Source: Apteryx mantelli
Taxonomy: Eukaryota
Direction of reading: 5' to 3'
NCBI RefSeq assembly: GCF_036417845.1
Contig: NC_089978.1
Span: 20,902,000-20,965,999, forward strand
DNA length: 64,000 bases
Part shown: positions 38,601 to 53,400 of the stretch, one piece after another
How positions within the stretch are numbered: the first letter of the stretch is position 1
How the letters are laid out: every line of letters begins with the position of its first letter
Notes under the pieces: model-generated
What the model saw: the letters and a program-made list of their open reading frames with translations, nothing else
Told to the model about the DNA's origin: nothing
The model's database searches: none
Translations under genes and position numbers: made by a program

Positions 38601-41600
38601 TATATTTTTTCAAAGTTTGGATATAATACTCCTAAGTTCCTATTCAAGCTTGCTCACATCAGCACCTTGAGAGTACCGTATTTATAATTCATGAAAGGTA
38701 ACATTTGGAAGTGCAATGCAATGATTGAACGAGGAAGAGTAAGCCAAGTAGCCTGCAGCTGACATGAGCAGGAGGCAATTTAAGTACTCCATACCTATGT
38801 CACCCCCACCCCACAAATTACAGTAGCTACCACTGTGTGACTAAAATTCACTAAGCAGAGGAGGAGATAAGAAAAACTAAGAAGTGCCCTTGAAAAATGA
38901 ACATCGCAACTGAGGCTGGAAAAGCAACTCCTGAAACAATCAAGGGCATTACCTGATTCAGGGAACTGTAAAAATTATAGCTGTATACGTATCCAATCAA
39001 CAGACAAGCTACCTCAGGTGCTGACTGCTGAACTATTCATTACTTAGATTTATCACTCTGGCAAGAGAATAATGTTCTTCATAAATGTAAATCCTGATAG
39101 TTCTGGTTCTTGTTGTTTGTCACTGTCAGGGCTACAGTTGCAAAGACAAAATATTCCTGCAATTAGAGCAAGACCAGGGTTGCACAGCATTTGTTTTTGA
39201 ACAGGAGCTCTCTGAACTCGTGACTGAACATACACTCTCTACTGGAAGAAGTAAATGAATCAAATTGAATTATACATATTTGAACTTTTTTTTTCCCCTT
39301 AGAGCAGTATTTTCAGCATTTGCTTGCATGTCATCCATAGATTTCCATCTCTGTTCTTTTTAGCTTATGTAGACAAAAGTTTAAAAATGAGAAATCTAGC
39401 CAACTCCACTTTGTCACTATTCTTGTTCTCCATACCTTAATGAAACATAGGCTTTCAGACTTATTTTTGTCCATTAAAGCATGTATTTTATTGACACATT
39501 TACATTAAATTAGTTTCATTTTTAGCAAAATCTGAAACAACAGTCAAGAATTTTAGATAAACTTTATCAAGAGTCATATTCAGGGGTTTTAGTTCTAATG
39601 GTAACTTCCACAGTTTTAGGCGAAAAGGAGTCAGAGAAACTGAAAAATGAGGTCAAACCTTCATGCTTTTTCATCTGTAAATCCTGGAAGGGCACCTTTA
39701 CTTTTATTGTTCCATATTAGTTTCTCCACATGCCTATGAGTCAAGGAAGGGCACTTATCTAAATTCTATTGTATTCAGTCACTTAATTCTTGTGTATTTA
39801 TTTGCACTACTGAGAAACTTTAAAATGAAATTAAACCAGAACTGATATAAGACTTTTTCTCAGCACAAAGTGCTGAAAATCCTCTTTTTAACTTCACAAC
39901 ACATGAAAACATACACAACATTCATATACTAACAAAACACACATGGGGAGATGTGATGACTTGCAGAATCAGATGAAGAACCATTTTTACTGTACATCTG
40001 ACATCATCTCTTTCCTCTAATCTATTTCTGTCAAGTTTAGTATTACAACCCCTGAATGAAGTTTTACACAACTCGTATCATCAGGAAACATTAAAGCCGT
40101 TTACAATAAAGAGAAATCCCTGAATACAGAATAGGAAATGAAATTCTAAAGGGAATGGATCAGGATACCACAGCAGGTCAGAGACAGTCTTCAAAGATGC
40201 AAGATTCAGCCCAACACTTTAGTCAGTGTATCACATTATTTCCTCATACTGCTTCTTCTAAAGTTTTGGGGAAAGGGAGAAAATGATGAATTTTAACCAT
40301 AATACTAACTGAAGGTTAGGATTCCACATACTCCATGGCAGTCCAGTGAAGTATTTAGAGCTCTCATACTTCACAAATATTTAAAATCTCTGCTTTAAAA
40401 AAAGTCTTCCCACTTTCTTGAAAGATACACCATTCAGCTTCCTTGACACTGGGCAGTTTTGAAGATACTTGATTTTTAAACAATTATGAAAGTTTTTTAC
40501 AACAATATTAAGTTTCTGAAACACCAGTTTTTCCCATCTGAGGCCTCAAGTACTAAGCAAAACACAAAAATAATCCCTTCCCTCCCCCCAAAATCTAAAA
40601 ATAAAAGACTCTCAAGCTTGTGAATACTTCTGCAACTATTACAGCAATAAAGTACAAGTGCAAATATAGTATCAGGGTTGTGGGCAGAGATTTAAAATTA
40701 GTGTTTATTTCCCCCAAAGTATCAGACACCTAGGAAATTCAGGCTTATGGATAAATGGAAGAAGACAGACAAAGGAAAGAGTTCAGTTCAAAGGTAATAA
40801 GAATAATGCTAAACTAAGATCAGCTTTTATCCAACTGGGCTTAAAAACAAAACATAGTATCAGTCTTCAGTAACTGCCATCACTTGAGTTGTCCCATTTC
40901 ATATATTCTTACTGCACAGCATTATCCACAATAAAGTACATATGCCTAATCTAACCAATCCTACCGTTAAGACATTGACATAATGAATTAGGTCTAATAG
41001 CTGGGTAAAATTAAGACAAATGGTATTTTTAAGTGTTCAGAATGAACAATTTTCCCAATTTAAAGAGTAAACAACTACATGCCCATTAACACAATGCAAC
41101 TCAAACAAGAGCAACATTCCTCCACAAATTCTGCACAGAAACTTTTTTTTTTTTAAACAGTGGATTGTCTTACTCCCACTCAATAAAAATTTAACTTTCA
41201 CTTTAAAAATGATGAAGTTACATTTAATACAATTTGGAAACTTATTATCATTCAGAGCAAATATCTTCAAATGATTTTTATTAATTTACTGTCTAACATG
41301 TGTTTGTGATGCTTGCGTCTGTAAGTATTAAAAACAGAACATTATCAAGATTTGAGAAAAAGTATTAACGTTAATACTGAAATGGTGCATAAGGGGAATA
41401 AAATCTAGATGTAATCATGCAGAAAGATGTATCGAGTGATTTCATTCTACTGAGCCACGGTCACTTTAGAAACAGTATAAGGTGTCTTCAGGACCTCAGT
41501 TTACTTTCCTAATAAAACCATTTTAATGACTTGATACACTTTCTCCCTGTAAGTGGTAGGAAAAGCACCTTTTACACAGAACATGCATAGTGAACACGAA

Positions 41601-42714
41601 ACAGAACAAGCTTAGCTATAAAGAGACTAAATTTGATAGTTACGTAATAGATATAAATGTTCTAGTATCTCCCTTCTAGACACACATTTGCACTCAAAAG
41701 TGAGGGTGAATAAACCATGAGACACACACAACTGTGATTCAAGAATTAATGAGGCAAAACATGCATTAACTTGAGTGACATTACAAAAGCTACACAAAGG
41801 ATAACATGGCAACAATCAACTGACAAATATACCATGATACCTTGAAAAGCACAGCCAATCCTTAATGCCAAGCAAGTTGACGTAATTTTCACTTACAAAC
41901 CAGTAATTCAAAATATCACAACTGTTTTGTAATTTCAAAATTCTGAAAGTTCAGTTTCTGAAATGTGATAATCACATTCTCCACACATTTAGTCAGAAAC
42001 TTAATTTGCATTATTTGGCACAGCTCTGGTTCTGAAAGTTTCCGATGTGGAACAGCTACTCACACAATGACAGAAGTTGTAGAAGCCTGACGTCCCACAA
42101 TGCAACAAAACAGAAAATAAACTATTGTTTTGTTATTACACTGTTTTCTTTCTGTGCCTTCTGGAAAAGGCTTTTGATCCAAAGTTTTTTAAAACTGGAG
42201 CTGCAGCTTACCTTTCACATGCTCCGTCCCTTAAGTGCTTACAGTAATATAAGGAACAACGCAGAGCTACTGTATCAGTGAAGAACGTTAGCATTTTTAA
42301 AGATGCTACTCCCATCTTTGGACTATTTCCCATCTTTGTAACTGCAGTTTATGTATTTTCTTCAAAGAAAAAATACAAAGTGAATAGACTTGCTTCTCTA
42401 AAGCAACTGTGCATTATCATCTCTCCTGGAGAAGTTGTGAAGAACACTATTTTCCACATATTACTGGCTTACAAAGCACCTTCTAAAAACTGCAGAAAGT
42501 GAAGAGATGGATCAAGTTCACATACAATATGGTAAAACATTTTAGCAGTAGGTTAATTCTTTGTTACTTCAAATTCTTGCTCTCTTGGCCAAGTATCACT
42601 AAATGTAAACTATAACTGTGCTATTCAGACTGAAAAGGCATTTAAGCTCACTTACTGAGAACACACATAAGATTACGTTCTCTTCACAGTATGTAGATAC
42701 AGCACAAATTGGCC

Positions 42715-42925
42715 TCTACCCGCACAGTTACTGAGAGCCTCGCTCTGCTGCCCCCCCCTTGCTGTTCATTCCCGCCACACCGCCACGAACAGGACATGTC
42801 ACTCGGCAGGTTTCTGACCCTGCTCCTCGCAGGGGCACAGAGATGCAAGCCCGCACAGAGCAGGCGGGCGGCAGGAACAGCAGCAAGGAGGCAAGAGGAA
42901 GGATCACCCCCATCTGCAGCAATGT
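42715..42925. promoter_or_regulatory. Isolated CpG-rich patch (about 11 CpGs in about 210 bp, GC-rich) within an AT-rich intergenic region; candidate orphan CpG island or regulatory element
   Basis: The sequence cccgcacag…cctcgctctg…cccgccacaccgccacgaac…cactcggcagg…cctcgcagggg…cccgcacagagcaggcgggcggcagg contrasts sharply with flanking sequence that is almost free of CpG. Confidence 0.25.
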
Positions 42926-45900
42926 ATGTACTGAATTATTATTTTTAATATACACACACACAGATCAAGCTAAGACTTATCTAAACAAGATTTAGATTTT
43001 CAGATTTCAAATTTGTTCAGGATTTCCCATGAGCATACAAATATTTAAAACATTTACAAACAACTTTCAGCTTGCACTTCACTAAGACTGCATTCTACAG
43101 TACTGCAGTAGCTGGTTTACAGTTTTTTCTTTTATTTTTCCTCAAATTTATACTAGATAAAAATATTTAAAGCTTAGCAACAGTACTGCAGAATAAATTC
43201 TTTTATAGCAAATAATCAAAAAAAGATAGTACCAATGTGAATGATACTTGACAAAAATATTCAGAAGGTTAGTTTCAACTATCAGGTGTCTATAATCACA
43301 TCACCAGCAATAACCTTGTTTAATAGCCAACATTTAATAATTGTAAATGGGTTATTTCAGCCACAGAGAAGTTTTTTTTTTTTAATTAAATGTTGAATTT
43401 ACCTACTCAAATAACTATGGTAACCATTAGGCAACTAAAAATCAAGGAAGCACATTAAAATGCCCAAAACAGCAATAGCAGTCACCTATAGAAAGATTTA
43501 ACACTGATATTCCTGGCTGTTTTTACATGTTTTTAGAGTTTTATTACACTTTCTCTTCCACCTAGGTTAAGTATATATGATTATTTAGAATGGAAAAAAA
43601 AATTTTCTTTAGTTCTCTGAAATATTTCCAGAGAATAAAACCACTTTCCCTATCACATAATTAAAAATAAAAAGCTGATTACAGTGAAATTAAGACAAGA
43701 ACAGGTTCATGAAAATACCCTAACCCTGTCCAGCGGGAGAAGGAAAAAAAAAACTTCTCACTGTTATATTTATTCTTGCAATCTTCTGTTTGCCGCTTCT
43801 TTGGCTGCAATACATAGGTATAATTTTGTAAGTAAGCTTTTAAGTCTATGAAGGTTAGACAAGAAGCAAACAACCTTAAAATCAGGTATTTCGTACTTAC
43901 AAAAACATGATGTGCACACTGTATACAACTGCTGTATTCAGCCACAAAAATTAAGTCCTACATAACAATTTAAGAACAACATAGAAGAAAATTATCCAAT
44001 CTCCCCCCACCCTCAGACAATTTACACACTTCAGTTATTCAGTTGGTTATTTTGATATTCTTTGATAATCTGCACAATACTAAACCTGAAGTTTATAAAA
44101 ATTCAAGACATTAATGTAACTGGTATTTCTATATTTTCCATTAAAATTAGTTGTTTCAGGGGGTTTCATAATGACAACCTTTCAAGTTACTTTTGTACAT
44201 TTGATGTAGATATAAAATTAAACCACAGTCCTCCCATTTTTATTATGTTACTTTATTTTTTTCCTCCCACTTTTTTCAGTTTATACACAGGACGCTTATT
44301 CCTGGGTTCAAGGTTCTGTGCAATCTTTTTTACTTAGGAATTAAAGACAAGAACAGTATTTTTATTCTCACTGCACTTCTTTTAAGTCAAGCACTGATGT
44401 TCCAAATACAATAAGCAAGCATGTAAATTCAAACAACTTATACAGCTGTATGTTGCTCTACAAAAAATAGATATAAAAGCACTAATAAAACTAGGAACAA
44501 CAGAAGCTCTAGACAAGCCATGTACCAAAACAAAGTTAAAAAAACACATCAACACATGTGTATGCAGTAACACAATTAAGCTCCTTTTGAATTTCATACC
44601 TCCTATGAAAAGCATTTTGTTCCCAGTTTGAGGAACTACACAAAATCAGCAAGTTTATCCACATCTATAAGTATTTTTTTCTTTTAATATGACTGGATGT
44701 AAAAATAGAATCATTCTGTGAAAGCAGTTTTAAAGCTATTTTTACCTGCAAGGAGACTGTACTTATCTCAACTTAAAATCCAAACAGTTCATTCAATTAG
44801 AAAAAACAGTATCTGATCTACACTGCTTTTCTGAAGAAACCTGCCTCCTTCCTGTTTACTAAAATGGACATCTACCTCATCTGCCAGACTTTGGAAGTCA
44901 GGCTGAAGTTATGTAATGTGAATATCTCCAAATTTCAATTATATTAATTTTCATTGTAGGTTAAGGAAGTTTAAGATGGAAAAGACCTATTAGATCTATC
45001 CCACTGAAAATGAACACATAAGGGCTTGTTTCAGAAGTACTGTTTTTGAGAAAATTCAATATCCAATTTATTTCACCTCCACTAAAACATATGTTTTACA
45101 CAAAGAAAAAAAAAGTACCTGCAAAGTACTGCAGGTTCTTTTACCCAATCCTTTTATTGTTTATTAAGTCCTCATATTTCATCAAATGGATTTCAGTGAA
45201 AACAAATGCTTTTAGAATGAAGTCCCAAGTTGCCACTAAGATCCTATGGAATAGCCAATAATCTGAAAGAGTAATGTCCAACCCCTCTATTTTCCACAGG
45301 CCACTGTCTCTGCATCAATTAGTACGTTCACAGATCAGGAAGTTTTAACAAGAGGGAATATTAACCTCGAACGAGCTAAGAGCCCAAGCAATGCACCCAA
45401 TTCCAAGATGCCGCTACATGTTTGCACAGCACAGTGCCCAAATTAATAAATTCAGGGCACTTGAGAACACAATTAAATAGCATCTGAAAAGTCTGCTACA
45501 TATCTCAAGTCCCACAGTGCTGGCCCAAGCACAGGCTAACTAGGCATGCTGGATGCAGACAACTACCTATGGATATAGGCACCATTCCAAATTTCTGGAA
45601 TGGGACTGAGAATCACTCCAGATTTGTGGTCCAACCTAAACTGACCCCATCAGCCATCATCTGGCCTCCCCTGCTTTAAAATAGTTCAAAATTTTATTTC
45701 ACCAGTTTACATTTTATTTCAACTTAACTGAGAAGGGAAGAATTTTCATCTACTTTGTTACACAAAAAAAAGATGCACTGAATTAAGACGCATGACAAAA
45801 AACTGCTTTCTACAATATGCTCAAGTAAAATGAGCCTTGTGCCATCAGAGCACAAAACTCATTTGCTGATCCTCCAACCTCAAAGCATGTTCTGCCTTTG

Positions 45901-48900
45901 AGAAGCGTAAGCGTTTTGTTTTTGTTTGGGTTTTTTTACCTGAGAAACTTCATTTAGATTAGTTATTTCAGCAGAGTTATCTCCAGGCAATATGTAACTG
46001 TTTAACAAGCAGTACTTCATAAAAGTTGATGCATTCTTGTAATAAATTTATTAAAAGAATCTGTAATTGCAAATGATTATTTTTAACTGCCAAAAAATCT
46101 AGGATTGGAAGTGTAAAATACAAAAAAGTTTGGTATAGTTTTTTTAAAATATTACAATATAATTTAGACCAGAATTCTACTCAAAGAATGCATATTATGA
46201 AATCCTATTGCATTATGATTAAAATTAAACTCATTTAGTTCATACTGTGTTTTTTTCTATTTTCTGTTTCGTTTTGTTCTAATAAAAGGAGGTTCAAACA
46301 TTTGGTCTCCAATTTATAGTATCTTTAGGTCCAACTGGATTTCAGTCTAAAACAGAAATATGGACAATAAAACATCTTAAGATCAGGAATTTTCTTTTTA
46401 GAAAATCCATAATATCTTTTAAGTATTCTTAGAAAATGAATACAGCTTAGTGTGCCTGGATCACCAGCAAGTTATCAGTGTTCTTTCTCTGATTAAGACA
46501 CTGGACAGAAGAAACTACACAGACATGAACTCATAACCAAGATGTTTTTTGTTTAAGTACCAGATAGCTCCCCTTTAAATAACTGACATGATAAATGTAA
46601 ATGCAGTTATGCACGCTGAACCTCGGACCATTTGGAAAACATCACTGAACTGCCCTAACAATGTTTACATTATTTCAAGTGCTCCCAACGCTTCCCTTCT
46701 GTCTCAACAATAAACGGCTTTTATATTAAAAAAAGCCTAGACCTAATAACTTTTCTAAACAGTATTATAAAACAGTTTCTCAAAGATTTTAAATTGATGG
46801 TCCACAGAACATTTAGGGAAGAAAAACCCATAAAACCATTTGCATAGTCTTGTCCTTTACCTTACCATATAGAGACCACTCTGAACATTTATTTCCCACC
46901 GTTTACTTAAACATGAAGAGATGCATTTTTTTATTTTATATTTTTGCAGCTACCTTCTGCTGTCATAGTGACCACGAAGAGCTCATGGACCACAGGCTGA
47001 TAAGCTAGTGCAGAGATTGATTTTCATGACTCCAGAATGAAGTAATCTATTTTGTTTCTATAAAAATATAAGCTATAGACACATTCTACTTTTTTTTTTT
47101 TAGTGAAACATTAAAACTTTACAATCTGGAAGTACTAAGACAGTGTCTCACATGAAAATCAAGCATTCTGCTCAGAAATTTCAGGAATACCCTAAAATCT
47201 CAATAAGTACAACCAAAAAGTAATACCACGATAGGTACCAATTTCATATCGTTTACTACTATTTGTATTACAACAGCCTGCAGGAAAATTAGTCAGGACC
47301 TCACTGTGCTTCCTAGCCAGCCAGAACAGGAAAAGTGTACAACTTGAGTACGCATGCACACAGAAGAAAAATGATGAAGGAACAGTAAGCCAGGTGAGGA
47401 ATGAGAAAGGTAAATCATTACCAGCACGTGAGCAGTATCTTCAAGCAAAAAAAGTTGTTTGGCCACATTTACCTACTGTTTTTAAGAAATAAATTCGGAC
47501 CATTCCTTTCTTAACAATATTATACATTCACTATACATCTAGCAACAGTTACCCCACAAACAGGAAAACATAGCTCTGCCTTACTACTGAGCTATATACA
47601 AATATAAACACCACCAGGCAGCCCTAAGAAAACTTGTATTATGACCAGAATTTGGCAGCCTGTCATCAGCAACAAAAAGAATTCTTTATGAGAGCTTTAA
47701 AGTGTGTCCAAATTCAACATTTCAGTACTTGGCTTTTTTTTTTTTTTTTTAAAAGGACTTAATGACTTTGTTCATAGATATTTAAAAGAGATTAGAAAAT
47801 GTTCTGTAATAAGGACAGAAGACAAATCCACTGCTAGCATCAGCAGAACTATCCAAGTTGGGGAGTTTTAAAGAGACTGTGGAATGAAAATCACTGTAAC
47901 ATTAAACTCTACAATAACCTTCAAAAAAATAAAAACCTCTACTTGCTAGAAAAAATGCAGTACAAAAACATGCACTTAAAATACCATGAGGCTGGCAAGC
48001 AAAGAATGAACCATTTTTCACAGATATGGTATTTTTAAGGAATTTCTGAAACATTCAGATACTATAGAGACAAGAATCAGGTGTATACCTAGAACAAATA
48101 CAAAGGAGTTACCTAAAAGGCCTGAATGAGTCGTTTTCTCCTTTGGAGGGGAAAAAAAAAGTTCCCCTTATAAATCAAACAGTTCTATCTTTCTCAATCC
48201 CAATGAAAATGCCATGAACAAAACAAGGCCTGAAAAGATGACACACACAAAAACCCCCTTATATTTAGACACTAACTCACACTGATGTAAATTGTATTCT
48301 TCAAATGAGTGCATAACACCAAATCAGAAAGCTTAAGTAGTAGCCATGTGCAAACCTTTGCTCTTAATGAAAAAGTAGCTATTTTAAGTTTTAGGGATAG
48401 CATGCTCAGTAAAACCAGTTGTAGCTTTCTTGGAAGAATATTGTAATATGTCACAAATATCAGGTAGGGCAACCAGTACTTCAGACTTTAAATCTAACTC
48501 ACTATTGCATTACAAACTATAAAATGCGACATCTATCTCAAATCATTGAGCAAAAAAAACAGGAGCATTAAAAGTTAAGAGTCTAGGAAAAGACAGGTGA
48601 GGACCTATACATGTAGTAACTAATTCTATCAAAATAATCTGTCACTATCTTAAGTCATACAACACTGACACATCAAATATTGTACTTCCAAAATGCCAGC
48701 AATGCTTCCATTTTTCCTGTTACCAATTATTCACAATTAAATTCAACAAGACCACCACAGATGCATATTAAAAACTAACACGTACACTCTCTGCAGTTTG
48801 CATCCCATGCTTTAAACTATATACATACTGTTCTGATATAATTAGGGTACATTGTTGTATCAAATCAGTTTTGAATGGGTTTAGTATCACAACTCATACT

Positions 48901-49953
48901 GACAAATTTTAATAATTTGTTTGTGAAAACGTGAGTGAACTGACAAGAACAAAACACTAATATTTTGAAACTATTTTGTGCAGGAAAAAAAGCAATAGTA
49001 ACCAATTTATTTTACTTTGCTTACTTTCTTACCATTAGAGGATTAGAACTAATAGGCCTTTTCCATCATCTTCCATTATTGACAAAATGTGAATCATAAG
49101 CAGCTTCCTAATAGCTTTATGATTAGTTTTATCACATCACTATCAGCAAATCTAGCCTGAGCTACTGTGCTAGAAATGAGTGTTTTTCAAATTTATCATT
49201 CTACAAACCATTTATCAAGAATACTTATGCTCATTTCCTTCTAAATGCACGTTAATACTCTATTAGAAGCGAACAATTATTTTAACCAGAAAACACACAT
49301 TTGCCTTTGAACTGAACGGTTAACCACTGATAACAGACTTGTTTCTATTCAAGCCAGGCATGGGGAAAACATAGACTTATGATAATGCATTAAGCAGTGG
49401 AAGGCTTTAAAACCAGCTAGCATAAGTATTTCCTCCCTTGCGATGGCAGGATACCTTAACGATCAGCAGAACACACTGACGTCACAACAGATTTTTCTTC
49501 TGTAGAAGTATATTGTATACAGTTTACTTAAATCCATTCAGTTATAAATAAAACATACATACAGATTCCTCTTCCAAAGTTTTTTTCAAAGTTAAATTTC
49601 AAATAATTTGAATACTGGATGTACTCTGCTTATAAGCCTCTTGTGACTAAGTTTGCAAAGGGAGATTGAGATACAGGGACACAGTACCCTTAAGAGAGCG
49701 CTTTGTATGAAATCTGATGCTCTTCAAAAGTCAAAGCAAATGTAAGAAGCTGCAATGTAAACTGTTCATAATATGTACTGCAACATGCAGGTCTAGCTGA
49801 ACAGATTCACTGTTAAGAACGGAATTTTCTTGACACATAGTAGAAACTAAGTACTAAGAATGAAAATGACACCATTTACAATTCTGCATAAAATTATTCT
49901 AAGCCCAGTATTAGTAATAACATTTCCAAAATCCTTTCAAGTGATTTTTATAT

Positions 49954-49959
49954 TTTATT
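49954..49959 (-). terminator. PSPC1: Candidate PSPC1 proximal polyadenylation signal (AATAAA on the minus strand)
   Basis: TTTATT on the + strand lies about 270 nt below the stop codon. Many other A/T-rich candidates exist further down and I did not verify any. Confidence 0.2.
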
Positions 49960-50223
49960 GTAATCAGATAACTGCATGTTTTACAGCATAGTCACACATT
50001 GTATTTTGCTAGAGTCACAAACACATTGCCTTACATAATGATCTGCATCATTTCTGCTCTATGCTACAAAGCCTATGACTGAATACAAAAAGGTTTTACA
50101 AAAGAAACTGTTTTAAAGACTACAATAACAATAAAACCGTTTCCAGATAACAGCTAAAATTATAAAGGCATACCACCGTATATTTTTACTGGAATTTCTA
50201 AACAGTAAGGAATGAAATAAGTT

Positions 50224-50409
50224 TTAATATCTGCGACGCTTGTTAGGTCCTTCAAAGTTGCCCCCTGGGTTTCCTCTACCAAAGCCACCAGGTCCACCAC
50301 TCACGGCACCTACACCACTCATTGGCGGCTGAGGAGTTTCAGAGCCCGTTCTACTAACCAGAGGTGAACCCATCTGTGATGGACCTCCTTGAGGGAATCT
50401 CTCATTATG
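50224..50409 (-). CDS. PSPC1: PSPC1 terminal coding exon: [61 protein letters not shown] (stop TAA at 50224-50226 on the minus strand)
   Basis: The reverse-complement translation matches the human PSPC1 C-terminus ([61 protein letters not shown]). The acceptor is ttatattAG, the reverse complement of 50410-50412. Confidence 0.9.
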   Translation of the reverse strand, partial: HNERFPQGGPSQMGSPLVSRTGSETPQPPMSGVGAVSGGPGGFGRGNPGGNFEGPNKRRRY

Positions 50410-53400
50410 CTAATATAAGTCCATTTGGAACATGCCAAATGTAAGTTACAACAAAAACCACAAGTGATGTTGTCATGAAGGTCAGCAGATAGTCCAGCAG
50501 AATCAGGATCACACATAAAGGGAAGAAAGGAGCAATTCAATTAGTTATTATTAAAAAGGAGCTGAAAATTAAAGATTGCTAATGTTATGCTCCAACTTTG
50601 TAAAACAAATTAAAAACTTAAGAATAAGACCAACTCTGATGTTGAATGTAACTTCATCCCTTCAAGCATATCTGAACACAAAGCAATATTTATTCTGCAT
50701 GTAACAGAAGAGACAGTGAACAACTTTATACTCGAGTCCTCTTCTGCCTTACATACCTACTACAATGTTTCTCCATTTACTGAATTAGACACAGAAACAT
50801 TGTCAAGTTAGGAAAAAATTAATCTGTAGCTTTTGTATTTCTAGAGACTGCAGGTTTATTTAATAGCAATACAACCTGAAAACTTAAATACCCAAGTTCT
50901 GCAGATAAAGCATTTCAGTCCATATTATCTGTAGTCAGCCTTTCATACAGCATTTTAGAAATATTTAACTAGACTTTTAAAATCCAGTTCAAATGAATAT
51001 AACCAGTGATAAGATCAATAACTGGACTATGCTTAGTTTAAAAAAATACCTTGATAAATACCTAAAGCTTAACCTGAAATATATAAAAAGAAAAATCCGG
51101 TTAATGTTCCACATTTTTGGTTTTCCTTACTTCTATGCCTAATATTAAAGATAAATGTGCTTACATAGATTTCGCTATAACAATTAAGACTCAAAACAGC
51201 AAACACACATTTGAGTACTTACTGTTCAGTACTTTTGCAAATATTTAAAAATAAAACCCCACAAGATAAAATCTAAAACATTACCTCAACATAACATAAG
51301 CTAAAGGCACATATTACAGTGTACACAGGTCATCAAGTAATCCATTGTTAAGCTGTTCAGAACAGCTATACTTTCAAAAGAAATTCTTTCTGTACAGGGA
51401 CCTACATTAACTGCCCAGGTATTCAAAGTTCAACCAGAACAGTAAAGATTACCACTTTATTTATAAGCTGGAATCAAGGAAGAATTCTTCTGAAAGTATA
51501 ATTCCAGTCATAGTAGTAGAGCTCAACAGTTCTAAAGTCTGTAATACATTTTTTTTTATAAATATGAATTTAAAGCAGCATTTTATTACATCTATATAGA
51601 TCAAATAATTATATGCAATTTAGCCCATGGGTGTGTATATATATACACACTGTTAAAAAGTTAACATTGTCTAGGGAAATGTATTGTTTAGTTTTAAAAT
51701 AGTTCAACAGCAGCATAAAGATCTACTATCGCCCCAAACTACCTTAAGAACTGCAGCACTGCAGATAGTTAAGAACTGTCTAGCTCATACCAGCTTGCTA
51801 GCAATGGATATGAACAAACTTCAATAGTTAACTACATACTCCTAATAATTTTTTACAGTTTAACTTCTGGACAAAGGACAACTATTCTCCCCACAGACCT
51901 CTCTCTCCAGCTGAAGAGAAAACTGCAATCATTAACTATCTACAATAAAGTATGAAAAACATTATTTTAAATTCAAAAATACTTTCTCAAAAGATAGCAG
52001 TGGGGGGAAAAGAAAAAAAAAGACTGCCTCGATTTTTTTGAAGGCCAGAAGAGGGCTGTGGAGTACTACTTCTTCATATGAGACATGACCATAATTTAAT
52101 AGCAAAAATAAAACTAACACTAAGAAGAAATTCAGGAGAACATACGATATTAAAAAAGAGGAAACTACATTTCTGCACTGTCTATAACTCCTCTTGTCTA
52201 TTTTCTCTCAATGAAAACAAAAATTTTTCATAACAGCATTTTAGGAGACAGTCCTCAAAGGATTTAAAAGTGTCTTTCCAACAACAGCAAAAATACAAGG
52301 CAGCCATGCCTTTCTGTAGAGGCCCGCCCCCCAAATTAAAAACCTTGAAAGTGCAAAATGAAAAAGCATCTATTTAATTTGTCCTTCAGTGACATGCAGG
52401 AAGAAAATGCAAGTCGAATTATTTGTGGTCTTTTTGGACATGCTTATCACTCTATCCAGCCATTCGGAAATGTCAGTAAATCTCCTACATTTCCACATCT
52501 GAAATGATCTTTTGTAGAAAAACAACAGTTTGAGATTTAAGATCCTACGTTCTTTCCTCACACCAGTTCACAAGAGAATGTTCCAGAGGTGACCAGAGAA
52601 CACCAAAATTAAGTTCTTCAGCCTTCAGTCTTGTAAAACTGCACCAGCAATTTTCCCTACATTTCTTTTTCTAATGAGAAAAAAACAAAAGCTAGCAAGA
52701 AATATCTTGGGGGGGGGGGAGGGGGAGAGCAAGTTCAGAAGTGACACAATGCAGTAACATAGTAGTTTCCAGCAAAAAGCCTCTCTGACAGCAGCGCTTC
52801 CTCCCTGGCCCCTTTGTGAGAAACGATTCAACTGATAAAATGAGCTCGTCCCTATGATGTGAAGTGAGATCCTCCCTTTTAACTGATAAAGACCAGATTC
52901 AGTAAGTATTTGGCACTCAGTCAAAATCTCAGTTTCCCCCAAAGAACAAAGGATTTTACCAACACTTCATAATATAGGCCACTCAGTCACTGACTGATTC
53001 TGTTCTTTTTTTCTTTTGAGGTGGGATATACAAAAGAAATTTAATCTATAAAATGCTACAGTGTTCCAGTAAAACTAACAATCACTGTTTACTCTACATA
53101 CTCCTTTATATCACACTATCACCAGAATATCCCGGATATCTATTTACACAAGAATACTGAGAATATGTAAAAATCAGATATTAAAAATGACATAGTTGTT
53201 TCTCTACATAAGACATGACAGCTAGGAAAAATGAATGGCTGTGAGAACAGAGTGAAAACAGCTAGTGCTTTGACTGCAGACCAAAAGCATATCTGCTCTC
53301 AATACTGAAGTTCGGAATGTCAACAGCATGTTCTTACTTGCCCTTGGCAACTAGGCAATATTCTTTTTCTTATGTTGATAGAGCAATTATCCCTAACGGT

